Positions 19,978-29,668 of a stretch of DNA of 64,000 bases are shown here, one piece after another. A model generated the notes under the pieces. That model saw only the letters and a list, made by a program, of their open reading frames with translations, did no database searches and was not told the origin of the DNA. Position 1 is the stretch's first letter; every line of letters begins with the position of its first letter. Origin of the DNA: an uncultured Poribacteria bacterium (GTDB lineage Bacteria > Poribacteria > WGA-4E > WGA-3G). Position numbers and translations under genes: made by a program. The stretch is taken from NCBI GenBank assembly GCA_958296135.2, contig CATQHZ020000001.1, positions 2,016,001-2,080,000 on the forward strand, in the 5' to 3' direction.

Positions 19978-21615
19978 TCACGATAATTTCCGCTTAAACA
20001 TTTCCACAATCTCGTCAAACTCTTTCACTCTCAACGCTTTATACATGCCTGCAAGCACGATAACACCGATGCCGATAGGAATAAACACGCCGCTGACTCG
20101 CGTCACGAAACCCTCCGTGCCGAGCCAGTCGCCCTCAATAATCCCGTTCGCCACCCAGCAGCTGAGCCCCATCGCTACCGAGGCGATGACGGTTTTCAAC
20201 GTCAGGGGGATGAGCGAGGAGAGTCCCAATCTGCCGACTTTGCGGTGCAGCAGCACCAATAAAACCGAAAAATTCAGCGTCACCGTCACAACGGTTGAAA
20301 GCACGACTGCACGATGATCTGGAAATATCCCGCGGTAAATAAACAGATAGTTCAGCGCGATGTTGAGCGTAACGGCGCAAACGCTAACAATCACCGGGGC
20401 ACGGATGTCTTTGTAGGCGTAAAATCCATCTGTCACGATTTTGAGTGCCGAAAACCCGCACAACCCGAAGGCATAAACAAACAACGCGCCGCCCGTTGCA
20501 AGCGTGTCTACCCCCGAGGTCTGCCCGCGTTCATAAAGCAGGCGGCAGATAGGCTGAGACAGCACCATCAACCCGACAGAAGCCGGTATCGTCAACGTTA
20601 GCATTAACCGTAACGCGCCAGAGAGCGCGCTGCGGAACTTGTCCGTTTCACCCGCAGTGGCGAACCGTGCGAGTTGCGGCAGTGCCACTGTCGAAATCGC
20701 CACACCGAATATCCCGATAGGCAGATGCATCACGCGGTAGGCTCTGCCGAGCCATGTCAACCACCCCGAACCCGAGGTAATAAATAAGGTATTCGTAAAC
20801 TGATTCACCTGCACCGCCGCCACGCCTAACACCGCCGGTCCGATGAGGCTGACAACTTGCCGCACCCTCGCATCGCGGAGACTGAGGCGCGGCCGATACC
20901 GAAAGCCTACCTGATACATCGAAGGCACCTGAATCAGGAACTGCGCGAGCCCCCCAACGACAACTCCCACCGCCATTCCTGTCACCGGATGCATCCCCAC
21001 CCGTTGGCATACATAATAGCCGCCGACCCCGAGCGCGAGGGAACTGACGTTAAAGAGAGAAGACGCGCACGCCGGAATGCCGAATTTGCCCTTGCTGTTG
21101 AGTAACCCCATCGCAATCGCCGCAAGCGAGACAAAAAGGAGGTAGGGGAACATCAACTGCGTCAGATAGACTGTCAGTTCAATTTTACTGCTGAACCCGA
21201 AGTGCGCGGTGGCATCTAACGCCTCTTCAAACCCATCGCGCGCCAGCACTTTGGTGATGAGTATCGGAGAAAAGGCGATACCTAGCACTGTTATCCCGAT
21301 TAAAACGAGGCCGGTCAGGTTGAAAACGCGGTTTGCCAGATGCCACGCCGCTTCTTCTCCGTCTTCGCCTTCTGTTGCGAGGAAGGTGGTAATAAATGCC
21401 TTGCTCAAGATGCCTTCGCCGAACAGATCTCGCAGGAAATTCGGGATGCGGAACGCCAAGTTAAAGGCATCCGCGCCGGTCCGCGCCGGAAAATAGAACG
21501 CTATCGCAACCTCGCGGGCGAGGCCGAGAATCCGCGAGCCCATCACAGCGAGACTGACAATCCCCGCCGCACGGGTGACATTTTGATTTAGCGTTGATTT
21601 GGATTCGTTTTCCAT
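19978..21615 (-). CDS. murJ: Lipid II flippase MurJ (MviN)
   Basis: SRILGLAREV, DAFNLAFRIPNFLRDLFGEG, LPIGIFGVAISTVALP. Confidence 0.92.
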   Translation of the reverse strand: MENESKSTLNQNVTRAAGIVSLAVMGSRILGLAREVAIAFYFPARTGADAFNLAFRIPNFLRDLFGEGILSKAFITTFLATEGEDGEEAAWHLANRVFNLTGLVLIGITVLGIAFSPILITKVLARDGFEEALDATAHFGFSSKIELTVYLTQLMFPYLLFVSLAAIAMGLLNSKGKFGIPACASSLFNVSSLALGVGGYYVCQRVGMHPVTGMAVGVVVGGLAQFLIQVPSMYQVGFRYRPRLSLRDARVRQVVSLIGPAVLGVAAVQVNQFTNTLFITSGSGWLTWLGRAYRVMHLPIGIFGVAISTVALPQLARFATAGETDKFRSALSGALRLMLTLTIPASVGLMVLSQPICRLLYERGQTSGVDTLATGGALFVYAFGLCGFSALKIVTDGFYAYKDIRAPVIVSVCAVTLNIALNYLFIYRGIFPDHRAVVLSTVVTVTLNFSVLLVLLHRKVGRLGLSSLIPLTLKTVIASVAMGLSCWVANGIIEGDWLGTEGFVTRVSGVFIPIGIGVIVLAGMYKALRVKEFDEIVEMFKRKLS

Positions 21616-21682
21616 TCTGTAAGGCGACAATTCAGACTAAATTACGTTGATGCTACTAGCCGCTGATGAATTTCGTTTATCC

Positions 21683-21711
21683 TTGACATCTTCCCCAAAT
21701 TCGTGTAAATT
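21683..21711 (+). promoter_or_regulatory. sigma70-type promoter
   Basis: TTGACA-N17-TAAATT upstream of ORF 21754. Confidence 0.6.
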
Positions 21712-21753
21712 ACCAATAGACGCAATTCTCACAACATCACAGGAGAACCGAAA

Positions 21754-22134
21754 ATGCAACAAAAACGATACTTCACCCTGGAAGAAGCCAACCAGTGCAT
21801 ACCAGAATTGACCGAGGACATCCTCGCGCTGCAGGCACTGAAAAGCGAACTCGCTGAGCTCCACGCCGAACTCACGCCGATGTTTGAGGTGATCTCCTCG
21901 AACGGTGGAGATAAACGCTCGCCGGCATTCCTCCGCGCAGGCGCGCAATTCCGACAAACCTTTGAACGCATCGCACGCAGCGGCTGCCACCTCAAAGGAC
22001 TTGACCCGGGCCTCGTCGATTTCCCGCACCTACGCGATGGCAAAGAGGTCTACCTCTGCTGGCGGCTCGGTGAACAAGAAATCCGATACTGGCACGAGAC
22101 AGATACCGGTTTTGCGGGCCGAAAGCCTTTGTAG
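21754..22134 (+). CDS. DUF2203 family protein
   Basis: FTLEEAN...LKGLDPGLVDFP...VYLCWRLGE...WHETDTGFAGRKPL. Confidence 0.85.
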   Translation: MQQKRYFTLEEANQCIPELTEDILALQALKSELAELHAELTPMFEVISSNGGDKRSPAFLRAGAQFRQTFERIARSGCHLKGLDPGLVDFPHLRDGKEVYLCWRLGEQEIRYWHETDTGFAGRKPL

Positions 22135-22140
22135 GCACGA

Positions 22141-22225
22141 ACGCGAGGGACAGGCTCACGCCATGCCACGAGCGCGAGGGGAACCCTCGGCGATTAGTGA
22201 TCGCCGGGTTTTCCCACGCGCTACA
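22141..22225. repeat. REP family B composite between convergent genes
   Basis: GCGAGGGACAGG and GAGGGGAACCCTCGGCGATT..GATCGCCGGG; reverse-complement match to units at ~52020-52075. Confidence 0.7.
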
Positions 22226-23048
22226 AACTTTGGCGCGCGATGCCATAAAAATGATTCGTCGGGCCGTGCCCGTGCCCAATATCCAACGCGTGGCGGATGG
22301 CGTTCGTGATATACGCCTTCGCCGCGCGGACCGCCTCCGTGAGCTCCTTGCCGTGCGCGAGCTGCGTCGCGATGGCGGCGGAATAGGTGCAACCCGTGCC
22401 GTGTGTATTCTGCGTATTGATGCGCTCCGCCTCAAAAAAGTGCCACTCTCCACCGAAATATAGCACATCTGTCGCCTGCGCACCGCCGAGATGGCCGCCT
22501 TTTACCAGCACCGCCTCGCATCCTAACGCCGCAATAATCTGCGCCGCGGCTTTAGCATCCGCCGTAGTCTGGATTTCCTGTTGCGCCAGCAATTCTGCCT
22601 CGTAAATGTTCGGTGTGATGAGCGTGGCAAGCGGAATCAACTCCGTCTTAAGACTCGCAATTGCCTCTTCTTTTAATAAAGGAAACCGACTCTTGGAGAT
22701 CATCACCGGGTCTACGACGATAGGCGCGCGCTTAGAAATCGCGCCCGCGGGAGACTGAGAGATGTGCTGACGCAACTTCCGCGATACCGCCGCCACAATC
22801 CCCGATGAAGAGAGCATCCCGGTCTTGACGCTAGACACGTCAAAGTCGGTGAAGACAGCATCCAGTTGTGCCTCAATGAGGGGAATCGGCAGATCGAACG
22901 CGCTCGTCACCGCTACCGTATTCTGCGCCGTGACAGAGGTGATTGCGGACATCGCGAATCCCCCGTTTGCGGAGATGGCTTTGATGTCCGCCTGTATCCC
23001 GGCACCGCCGCCGGAGTCTGAACCTGCGATGGTTAAGATTTGTTTCAT
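22221..23048 (-). CDS. thiD: Hydroxymethylpyrimidine/phosphomethylpyrimidine kinase
   Basis: LTIAGSDSGGGAGIQAD, VVDPVM, TPNIYEA, VKGGH and NTHGTGCT motifs. Confidence 0.95.
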   Translation of the reverse strand: MKQILTIAGSDSGGGAGIQADIKAISANGGFAMSAITSVTAQNTVAVTSAFDLPIPLIEAQLDAVFTDFDVSSVKTGMLSSSGIVAAVSRKLRQHISQSPAGAISKRAPIVVDPVMISKSRFPLLKEEAIASLKTELIPLATLITPNIYEAELLAQQEIQTTADAKAAAQIIAALGCEAVLVKGGHLGGAQATDVLYFGGEWHFFEAERINTQNTHGTGCTYSAAIATQLAHGKELTEAVRAAKAYITNAIRHALDIGHGHGPTNHFYGIARQSL

Positions 23049-23050
23049 CG

Positions 23051-23638
23051 TTATCCTTCAGCGTCCGGCCGCGCGATGTGAAAGTCCACTTCGTGCTCGT
23101 CGTAAGCATCAAAAATTGCTCGGCAGAACGCCATCATCTTGTCATCCTGAATTGAGACCGCGGTTTCATACATTCTGATGAAGAAGCGTTTCCCGGCCTC
23201 AGACTGGGAATAGTTCTTCTTCATCAGGTTGTGTTGAGAACAGAGCGTTTGAGCGTTTTTAAGGGTGTTGGTGCCGCCCTTATCTTTCGGGATGATGTGG
23301 TCTACGGTGAGGGTAATCCCATCTTCGCGTCCGCGTCCACAGACAACACACCGATAACTATCTCGTGCCAAAATCGCTTCTTTATCCCGTGCCGAGAACT
23401 CAAGTAGTTCAACTTCGTGAACGTAGTCCGGATCATATTTGTAGACACCGGTTCTCACCTTAATCAGTTGACCTTTCTGATGGAGTTGTCTGATAACCCG
23501 CCACGGATCGCGCGGTGGGTTGTCATGTTCTTCAAGGTACTGCTCCGTTACCCAATCAACAACTGGACCATGCGACAGCTCTTGATTCGGATGATTCTCA
23601 AAATACTCCATGACAAGTCCCTCAATCGTTTTCGCCAT
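23051..23638 (-). CDS. HNH endonuclease with N-terminal winged-helix-like region
   Basis: CVVCG...VDHIIPKDKGG...NAQTLCSQHN; overlaps the MTase stop. Confidence 0.85.
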   Translation of the reverse strand: MAKTIEGLVMEYFENHPNQELSHGPVVDWVTEQYLEEHDNPPRDPWRVIRQLHQKGQLIKVRTGVYKYDPDYVHEVELLEFSARDKEAILARDSYRCVVCGRGREDGITLTVDHIIPKDKGGTNTLKNAQTLCSQHNLMKKNYSQSEAGKRFFIRMYETAVSIQDDKMMAFCRAIFDAYDEHEVDFHIARPDAEG

Positions 23639-24422
23639 GTGCATTCTCCTTTTTTTCAAACAGACGCAGCTGCTCAGTTGCCTGACAGACCCGCTCCTTA
23701 GCGAGTTTGCAGTAGCCTTCGTCAACTTCGATCCCGATGCCTTTGCGCTTGTTTAAATGCGCCGCGACTAAGGTGGTGCCGCTGCCCATGAACGGATCGA
23801 GAACCGTATCGTGGACGTAACTGAAAAGTTTGATGCACCGACGCGGCAGTTCAACCGGAAATGGCGCGGGGTGCCCGATCCGCTTCTTGCTCTCACCGGG
23901 AAACGTCCAGAGCCCATTTGTCCACTCCATGAACTCCTTCTTATTCATATCCGATTGCCCGCTCCCGCTCGTTTTCTTCCATTGCTCCTTGTAGAGAATG
24001 ACAATTAGTTCAACCGGTGCAATGACGTAAGGCGCGGATGCCTTCAGCCACGAGCCCCAAGCGGTTCGTCGGGAGATGTTGCCCTCGTTCCAAATAATCG
24101 TGGAGTGGTATTGAAACCCGATATCCGTTGCGAGTTTGGTTAGGTCAGCACCGACGTGCTTCTGTCCCCCTTTATTTTTATCCAGAGGTATGTTGAGACA
24201 GAAGCGGCCATCGGACTTGAGCCACTGGAAGCATCGGGAAAACCACGCCTCGGAAAAGGCGAGGTACTCGGTGTAAGAGAGTGCATCGTCATTTGAGTTG
24301 TATTTGATGTCAACGTTATACGGAGGCGATGTGACAATGAGATCAACGCTGTTTTCCTTGATTGCCCGGGTTGTAAGCACGTTCTCGTTGATTATCGCGG
24401 CGTGTTCGTCGGTAAAAAACAT
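23622..24422 (-). CDS. DNA amino-methyltransferase (beta-class, likely N4-mC)
   Basis: TSPPY catalytic motif precedes HPAPFP and VLDPFMGSGTT. Confidence 0.9.
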   Translation of the reverse strand: MFFTDEHAAIINENVLTTRAIKENSVDLIVTSPPYNVDIKYNSNDDALSYTEYLAFSEAWFSRCFQWLKSDGRFCLNIPLDKNKGGQKHVGADLTKLATDIGFQYHSTIIWNEGNISRRTAWGSWLKASAPYVIAPVELIVILYKEQWKKTSGSGQSDMNKKEFMEWTNGLWTFPGESKKRIGHPAPFPVELPRRCIKLFSYVHDTVLDPFMGSGTTLVAAHLNKRKGIGIEVDEGYCKLAKERVCQATEQLRLFEKKENAHGEND

Positions 24423-24488
24423 AATTGTTTTTCCGCTGTGTAGGTAGTAGCGACTTCAAAGTTGATAAGCACTACTAGTTTCATGGGA

Positions 24489-25346
24489 CTATTCGCCCCT
24501 TTCAATTAGCTGCTTGAAATCCGGGACGAAATGCTCAAACGACTTCACCTTGTCGCTCTCCTCAAGAATCGCCGAGGTGAGGACATAAGTGCCATCAAGC
24601 TCGTTTTCTGCGATAGCCCTTTCCTTCCTAGCAAGAAACGTGCTCGCCAAGAACTCGCCCCTATCAAGCGTGACAAAATAGACCTTGATGTGCGCTGTCA
24701 CTTTACTTGCCAGAAGTTTGGATCTCCAATAGGAGGCTTTGGCAATTCGCCATCCTGACGTGACTTCGGATAAAATGACAGCGATGACCTTGGAATTTTT
24801 CGGGTCGTAAACGACAGTATCAACATCCGGTAGGTAGAAACCGAATTTGCCGAAATCTACCGACAAATTCCGGTTAACAGCCACCAATTCTGGAGACAGG
24901 CTTGCGCCTCGCTCTAATTCTCGGAGGCTGATTACCTTTATGCCGTGTGCCTCTATCGGTTCAGTGAGAAGATGCTGAATGCGTTCTTCAAACCGTTTCC
25001 CTTTCAAAGCACGCCATCTCAGCAAATCGGCCTCTCGCAGTTCCGGTCCGACATCCTCAAGGATAACCGCTTCTTCAAGACCTCCGCACAAAACCACTTC
25101 CCCATAGTGTTCTATGAGGTCGTCCATAACGTGGCTTGTGTATGCGGCTCTCCTGAAATCGACGACATCCCGCGCTATTAGGGTATCCACGAGGACAGGG
25201 TCGGGGGTATATCCTATCTCGTAGAGGGTATCAGACAACAGGTTTCTCATTCCATCAAGAGGCCTGCCCCCATGACGCGGTGTCGGGATAGGACCTCGTG
25301 CTGTCGGGGCGGCTACGAGGGGTTTGAGTCCAGGTGGTTGTTTCAT
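24489..25346 (-). CDS. BsaWI-family type II restriction endonuclease-like protein, catalytic motif degenerate
   Basis: WRALKGKRFE, RNLSVDFGKFGFYLPDVD, HIKVYFVT and EESDKVK match my recollection of the BsaWI family. Confidence 0.65.
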   Translation of the reverse strand: MKQPPGLKPLVAAPTARGPIPTPRHGGRPLDGMRNLLSDTLYEIGYTPDPVLVDTLIARDVVDFRRAAYTSHVMDDLIEHYGEVVLCGGLEEAVILEDVGPELREADLLRWRALKGKRFEERIQHLLTEPIEAHGIKVISLRELERGASLSPELVAVNRNLSVDFGKFGFYLPDVDTVVYDPKNSKVIAVILSEVTSGWRIAKASYWRSKLLASKVTAHIKVYFVTLDRGEFLASTFLARKERAIAENELDGTYVLTSAILEESDKVKSFEHFVPDFKQLIERGE

Positions 25347-25349
25347 AAC

Positions 25350-27206
25350 TTAGGCATCTCCGTTGTTGCGAAGATACTCACGGCCGGCATCGGTGATTTC
25401 CCAGAGGCCTTGTGGAGAATCGCGTTTCATTAAACCCTTACGCACCAATTCCCACCGCATGCTATGGGTTCGGTTTTTCCAATACGGCTGCCCACTCGCC
25501 AAGCACTCTAGGTCTTTTGGCCCGAGCTCATCTACCATTAACAGGCGAATCCTCTTGAGCACTACGTGAGTTGCTGCAAAGCCATTGAGTTGCTCTAAGG
25601 CCTTTAAAATAGGCAACTTATAACGACTTCGCGGAAGAGGGACCTGCCGCGTTAACATCCCGGTGATGTCTGGCGGCACCTGAACGCCGTTTTGCTGCTC
25701 AAAGTCCGCGACGCTTTCATAATCGTTATGAAATGACGCGATGATATCCGCGCCCATGTCTCTAGCAACCGTTAGGTCTGCTTTGGCTTTGTCCCATTCC
25801 CTTAGGCGCAGCCACACTTTGCCGCGATTGCAGTAGGCATGGGCATAATTGGGATTGAGTGCTATCGCCGTGGTATAGTCTGCAATAGCCGTGTCAAAAT
25901 CGCCTTTTATGCCGTAAGCAACGCCGCGGTTGTTATAGGCCTTGGCATGATCGGGATTGAGTGCTATCGCCGTGTTAAAGTCTTGGATAGCCGTGTCAAA
26001 ATCGCCCTTGGTGCTATAAGCGTTACCGCGGTTGTTATAGGCATCGGCAAACTGGGGATTGAGTGCTATCGCCGTGTTAAAGTCTTTGAGGGCATTGTCA
26101 AAATCCCCTTTTTTGTCGTAAGCAATGCCACGGTTGTTATAGGCCTCGGCATAATTGAGATTGAGTGCTATCGCCGTGTCAAAGTCTTTGATAGCATTGT
26201 CAAAATCGCCCTTGGTGCTATAAGCGTTACCGCGGTTGTTATAGGCATCGGCAAGCTGGGAATTGAGTGCTATCGCCGTGTTATAGTCCTGAATGGCGTT
26301 GTCAACATCGCCTCTTTCGCCATAAGCAACGCCGCGGTTGTTATAGGCATCGGCATCATCGGGTTTGAGTTCTATCGCCGTGGTATAGTCTGCAATAGCA
26401 TTGTCAAGTTCGCCTTTTTCGTTGTAAGCAATGCCGCGGTTGTTATAGGCCTCCGACATATCGGGTTTCTGTGCCAAAGCCTCGGTATAATGCCCCACGG
26501 ATTTGTCATACCACTTCCGTTTTTCTGCCCGCGTTTTCGCTGAATCTCCTCGATTTTGACAGGTCATCCCTTTATGAAACTGCGTGTAGGCACTTTCATG
26601 GATGCTCCGGTTCGTGATAAATCCATGGAGGTCATTGTAGATAGTTTCGGTGGAAATGTCGTGGTGCTTCCGCAGGTAGTTTAGCATAGACTGTTTAAGT
26701 TCTTTTGGGACAGTCACTACCGCGTCCGGTTCAACAAAACCTTTGGATGCTTGCACGAATATGCTTTTCTGGGATTCCACGCGATTAATCGTCTTCGGCG
26801 GTTTTTCGACCTCGTAGTCGTCCGATTCCTTTTCTAGCAAGATAACCCGGCCGACTTTGTCACGCTCTCCATCACAAGCAAAGAAAAGAGCAATGAGGTA
26901 GTCAGTCGTAAAGTCAATTAGGTTGGTTTTCCCGCCATAGTGTTGGAGTGCTGTCAGGATCTCCAAATCGTTGGCGGTTTCGCGGGTATACTTTCTCGCC
27001 TCGTCCAGAATTTCTTTTTGGACGATATCTATCTCGAAACTTTTCTCCTCAATATCTTTCACATAGTCGCGATAGAGGGTTGAAGAGACTTTCTCATAGT
27101 ATTCAGGCTCGCCGCGAAAGATGTAGTCACCGCTAGCCGATTTCTCAGCTATCTCGCAGATCTTTTTCAGAACGCAGTTGAGTTCGTTTTGTTGTCGTGT
27201 GTTCAT
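25350..27206 (-). CDS. FRG domain + TPR array (7 NRG units) + C-terminal Mrr_N-like winged helix
   Basis: YIFRGE, LQHYGGKTNLIDFTTD, ALFFAC, SQKSIF; 34-aa repeats; tail PILKALEQLNG...WKNRTHSMRWELVRKGLM...GLWEITDAGREYL. Confidence 0.85.
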   Translation of the reverse strand: MNTRQQNELNCVLKKICEIAEKSASGDYIFRGEPEYYEKVSSTLYRDYVKDIEEKSFEIDIVQKEILDEARKYTRETANDLEILTALQHYGGKTNLIDFTTDYLIALFFACDGERDKVGRVILLEKESDDYEVEKPPKTINRVESQKSIFVQASKGFVEPDAVVTVPKELKQSMLNYLRKHHDISTETIYNDLHGFITNRSIHESAYTQFHKGMTCQNRGDSAKTRAEKRKWYDKSVGHYTEALAQKPDMSEAYNNRGIAYNEKGELDNAIADYTTAIELKPDDADAYNNRGVAYGERGDVDNAIQDYNTAIALNSQLADAYNNRGNAYSTKGDFDNAIKDFDTAIALNLNYAEAYNNRGIAYDKKGDFDNALKDFNTAIALNPQFADAYNNRGNAYSTKGDFDTAIQDFNTAIALNPDHAKAYNNRGVAYGIKGDFDTAIADYTTAIALNPNYAHAYCNRGKVWLRLREWDKAKADLTVARDMGADIIASFHNDYESVADFEQQNGVQVPPDITGMLTRQVPLPRSRYKLPILKALEQLNGFAATHVVLKRIRLLMVDELGPKDLECLASGQPYWKNRTHSMRWELVRKGLMKRDSPQGLWEITDAGREYLRNNGDA

Positions 27207-27551
27207 CTTCTCTCCTCAGTGATAGTCAAAAATGTGCCCCTAATAGGGACGATACGAATAAACTCTCCGGAGTTGCAGCGTCTTCTTCTGCAAGTTGACT
27301 GCCTCCATCATTGAGTTTCGGGTTTTGACGCGCGGGTAAACAGCGCGGCGTTTCTTGTCGAAGCGGTGCTGCGCTTCGGCGGGTCCGAGTGTCTGGAATC
27401 GTTCACGAACCCTTGCAAAAATAGGATACCACAAAACGCTCAAATTTGCAACGAAAAACGTAATGATAACGTTAGTTTACTACAAAAAAGCGGTGTATGT
27501 CAAGAAAAAAAGATGAGCGAATTCGGATGTGGCGCGTTTCAGGTTCTGGAA
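27207..27551 (-). repeat. Cassette joint copy 1 (spacer with twin promoters + structured leader)
   Basis: Near-identical to 31708-32004, 33817-34035 (leader part) and 29515-29668 (spacer part). Confidence 0.9.
27423..27503 (-). promoter_or_regulatory. Tandem promoters carried by the joint
   Basis: TTGACA-N18-TAAACT (27503-27474) and TTGCAA-N17-TATCCT with TG extension (27451-27423); conserved in the other joints. Confidence 0.6.
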
Positions 27552-27680
27552 CTATTCCCGCGTCAGCATTTCCGCGAGGTCTGGCGGCACCTGAACATCG
27601 TTTTTCTGCTCAAAGTCCGCGACGCTTTCGTAATAGTTATGAAATGAGGCGGTGATATCCGCGCCTTTGGCTTTGGCTAT
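27552..27680 (-). pseudogene. Orphan 3' end of an FRG-TPR gene
   Basis: Encodes AKGADITASFHNYYESVADFEQKNDVQVPPDLAEMLTRE*, the C-terminus of the paralogs, without an upstream gene body. Confidence 0.85.
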
Positions 27681-28108
27681 GTCGCTTGCAATACCGCAAT
27701 CGTTTCTTGTTGCTTTTGGACGCTCTCCTGCAGTTTGCTCAACTTTTTATAAAGAAAACCGCCCACCGCCAAAACCAAGGGGACTAGCGCAATCATGAAG
27801 TTTCGCTGATCTGTGATACGCTGGCTTTGCCCGCGGATTTCGCCCTTCATCTCGCTCACCTCGGCTCTCGTCTCACTCAGTTCAGTCCTTACTGCGCTGA
27901 GTTCAACTTTCGTCTCGCTGAGTTCAGTTTTCATCGCGCTGAGTTCAGCTTTCATCGCGCTGAGTTCGGTTTTTATTTCGCTGAGTTCAGTCTTCACCTG
28001 CGCTGCGGCGGCGTTCCCGATGGCTTTAATCTCCTCTCCGCTGAGCTCGCCGAACGTCGGCGCATTCCAGAGCAGTAGTGCCACGAAAACAATCACATAG
28101 ACTCTCAT
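27677..28108 (-). CDS. Exported/membrane coiled-coil protein with 21-bp heptad repeats
   Basis: Signal peptide, (ELSAMKA/ELSETKV) heptads, C-terminal TM helix; RBS aaggag. Confidence 0.7.
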   Translation of the reverse strand: MRVYVIVFVALLLWNAPTFGELSGEEIKAIGNAAAAQVKTELSEIKTELSAMKAELSAMKTELSETKVELSAVRTELSETRAEVSEMKGEIRGQSQRITDQRNFMIALVPLVLAVGGFLYKKLSKLQESVQKQQETIAVLQAT

Positions 28109-28211
28109 TTCTGTCTCCTTTAGTAGTCGCGTCCAAAGGATCTTTGTATAACGCTGCGTCATTGCTTGCTAAATCGGTTTTGCGCAGCCAATTCACCGAT
28201 TCTGTCACCGG

Positions 28212-29276
28212 TTATTCGGCTAAATGCTGCAAGAATGTCTCCAGGTCTGGAACCTGTCCGGCGACAGGAAGTAGCTGCTTGAGGCGTTCCACCTCTGTGA
28301 CGTTTTCAAAGGTGGGGCGCAAGGCCTGCACGACTGTCGGGTTGAATCGCGATTCAAGGATAACCATAAGGCCGTCAATAGTTGCACTTCGTTTGCCTTG
28401 TTCGCGGGCTTGTGCCGCTTGTTCACGGGCTTGTGCTGCTTGTTCGCGGGCTTGTTCGCGGGCTTGTTCGCGGGCTTGTGCTGCTTGTTCACGGGCTTGT
28501 GCCGCTTGTTCACGGGCTTGTGCCGCTTGTTCCACAACTTGCGATACGCGCTGATTCGCTTCCGCCATGAGGGCGGCTTCCTGCTCCGCGAAGCGGCTCT
28601 GAAAGAGACTTTGAAGATAAGGTGAATGTTCCACGAGATCCCTCCGAATAAAACGATTAAGTTGTTCCTCACTATAGCCAGCACTGCCAAATACACCCAG
28701 CAACGCCATTAAGTCTGCCAGAAGGGCATCCGGCACCGGCGCAGCCGCTGTGGCACGAACACACTCACGCAACCAAGCATCGGCATCCATCCCCGGCGGC
28801 GGCTGCATCAGCGGCGTGAAAGGCAACAACGCCGGTTCCTGCGCCTCCAACACCGAAACACCGTCTATCTCACTCAACCGCAGCACCTTATACCGCAAGG
28901 AAAAGTGATGCGCCTCACCCCACTGGCACGCATACCCACCCAGATCCTGTCGCCCAGCACGCGGATGCAAATAGATGACACTGCAATACACCGGCACCTC
29001 ATGTTCCGAAATGAGATAGCCGCAATACCCCGTCATCCGGAAGTGCATCTCTTTCTCGCGGCTGTCGTGCAATTGCACTTCGGTATGTGCTATCGCCTCT
29101 TCGCCGTTGATAAGCATTCGCACCGTGCTATCGCCACGCCGCACCCACATCCGCTGCTGTTCCGTGTCCAGTCTGCTGAGCACCTTGATGTCGGATGTCT
29201 CCAACAGGTACTTCAGGATGGGTTCACCAAGTTCCAGTAGCAAATGTTTGGCTGCACTATCGTAAGGCGTTCGCAT
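28212..29276 (-). CDS. Rpn/YhgA-like PD-(D/E)XK putative transposase/nuclease with heptad repeat
   Basis: YDSAAKHL, RRGDS...HTEVQ...MHFRM, LLPFTPLM; EQAAQAR repeats at 28398-28532. Confidence 0.75.
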   Translation of the reverse strand: MRTPYDSAAKHLLLELGEPILKYLLETSDIKVLSRLDTEQQRMWVRRGDSTVRMLINGEEAIAHTEVQLHDSREKEMHFRMTGYCGYLISEHEVPVYCSVIYLHPRAGRQDLGGYACQWGEAHHFSLRYKVLRLSEIDGVSVLEAQEPALLPFTPLMQPPPGMDADAWLRECVRATAAAPVPDALLADLMALLGVFGSAGYSEEQLNRFIRRDLVEHSPYLQSLFQSRFAEQEAALMAEANQRVSQVVEQAAQAREQAAQAREQAAQAREQAREQAREQAAQAREQAAQAREQGKRSATIDGLMVILESRFNPTVVQALRPTFENVTEVERLKQLLPVAGQVPDLETFLQHLAE

Positions 29277-29514
29277 TAAATTATACCTCAATTGGTTTCG
29301 TCATGTTAAGCCGTTTTTTACGGCACATTTTTTACACAGCGGCAACCGATAGTGCTTCCTGATGTGGGATGATACCCTCAGTAGGCGAGGCGTAAGTCTT
29401 CCGCACTGCTATGCTAGCCGCCCTAGCGCAGGACGCAAAAATTTCCTGCCTCCATTGTGCCTGCAGTGGTACCCTTCCGTGAGTCTAAGATGTCTCCGCT
29501 CCTTTCGGCAGCAA

Positions 29515-29668
29515 ACGTTCACGAACCTATGTCAAGAATAGGATATCACAAAACGCTCAAATTTGCAACGAAAAACGTAATGATAACGTTAGTTTACTAC
29601 AAAAAAGCGATTGATGTCAAGAAAAAAAGACAAACGAATTCGGAAGTGGCGCGTTTCAGGTTCTGGAG
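29515..29668 (-). repeat. Cassette joint copy 2 (spacer/promoters, leader truncated)
   Basis: Same sequence as 27400-27551; homology stops just beyond CGTTCACGAAC. Confidence 0.9.
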
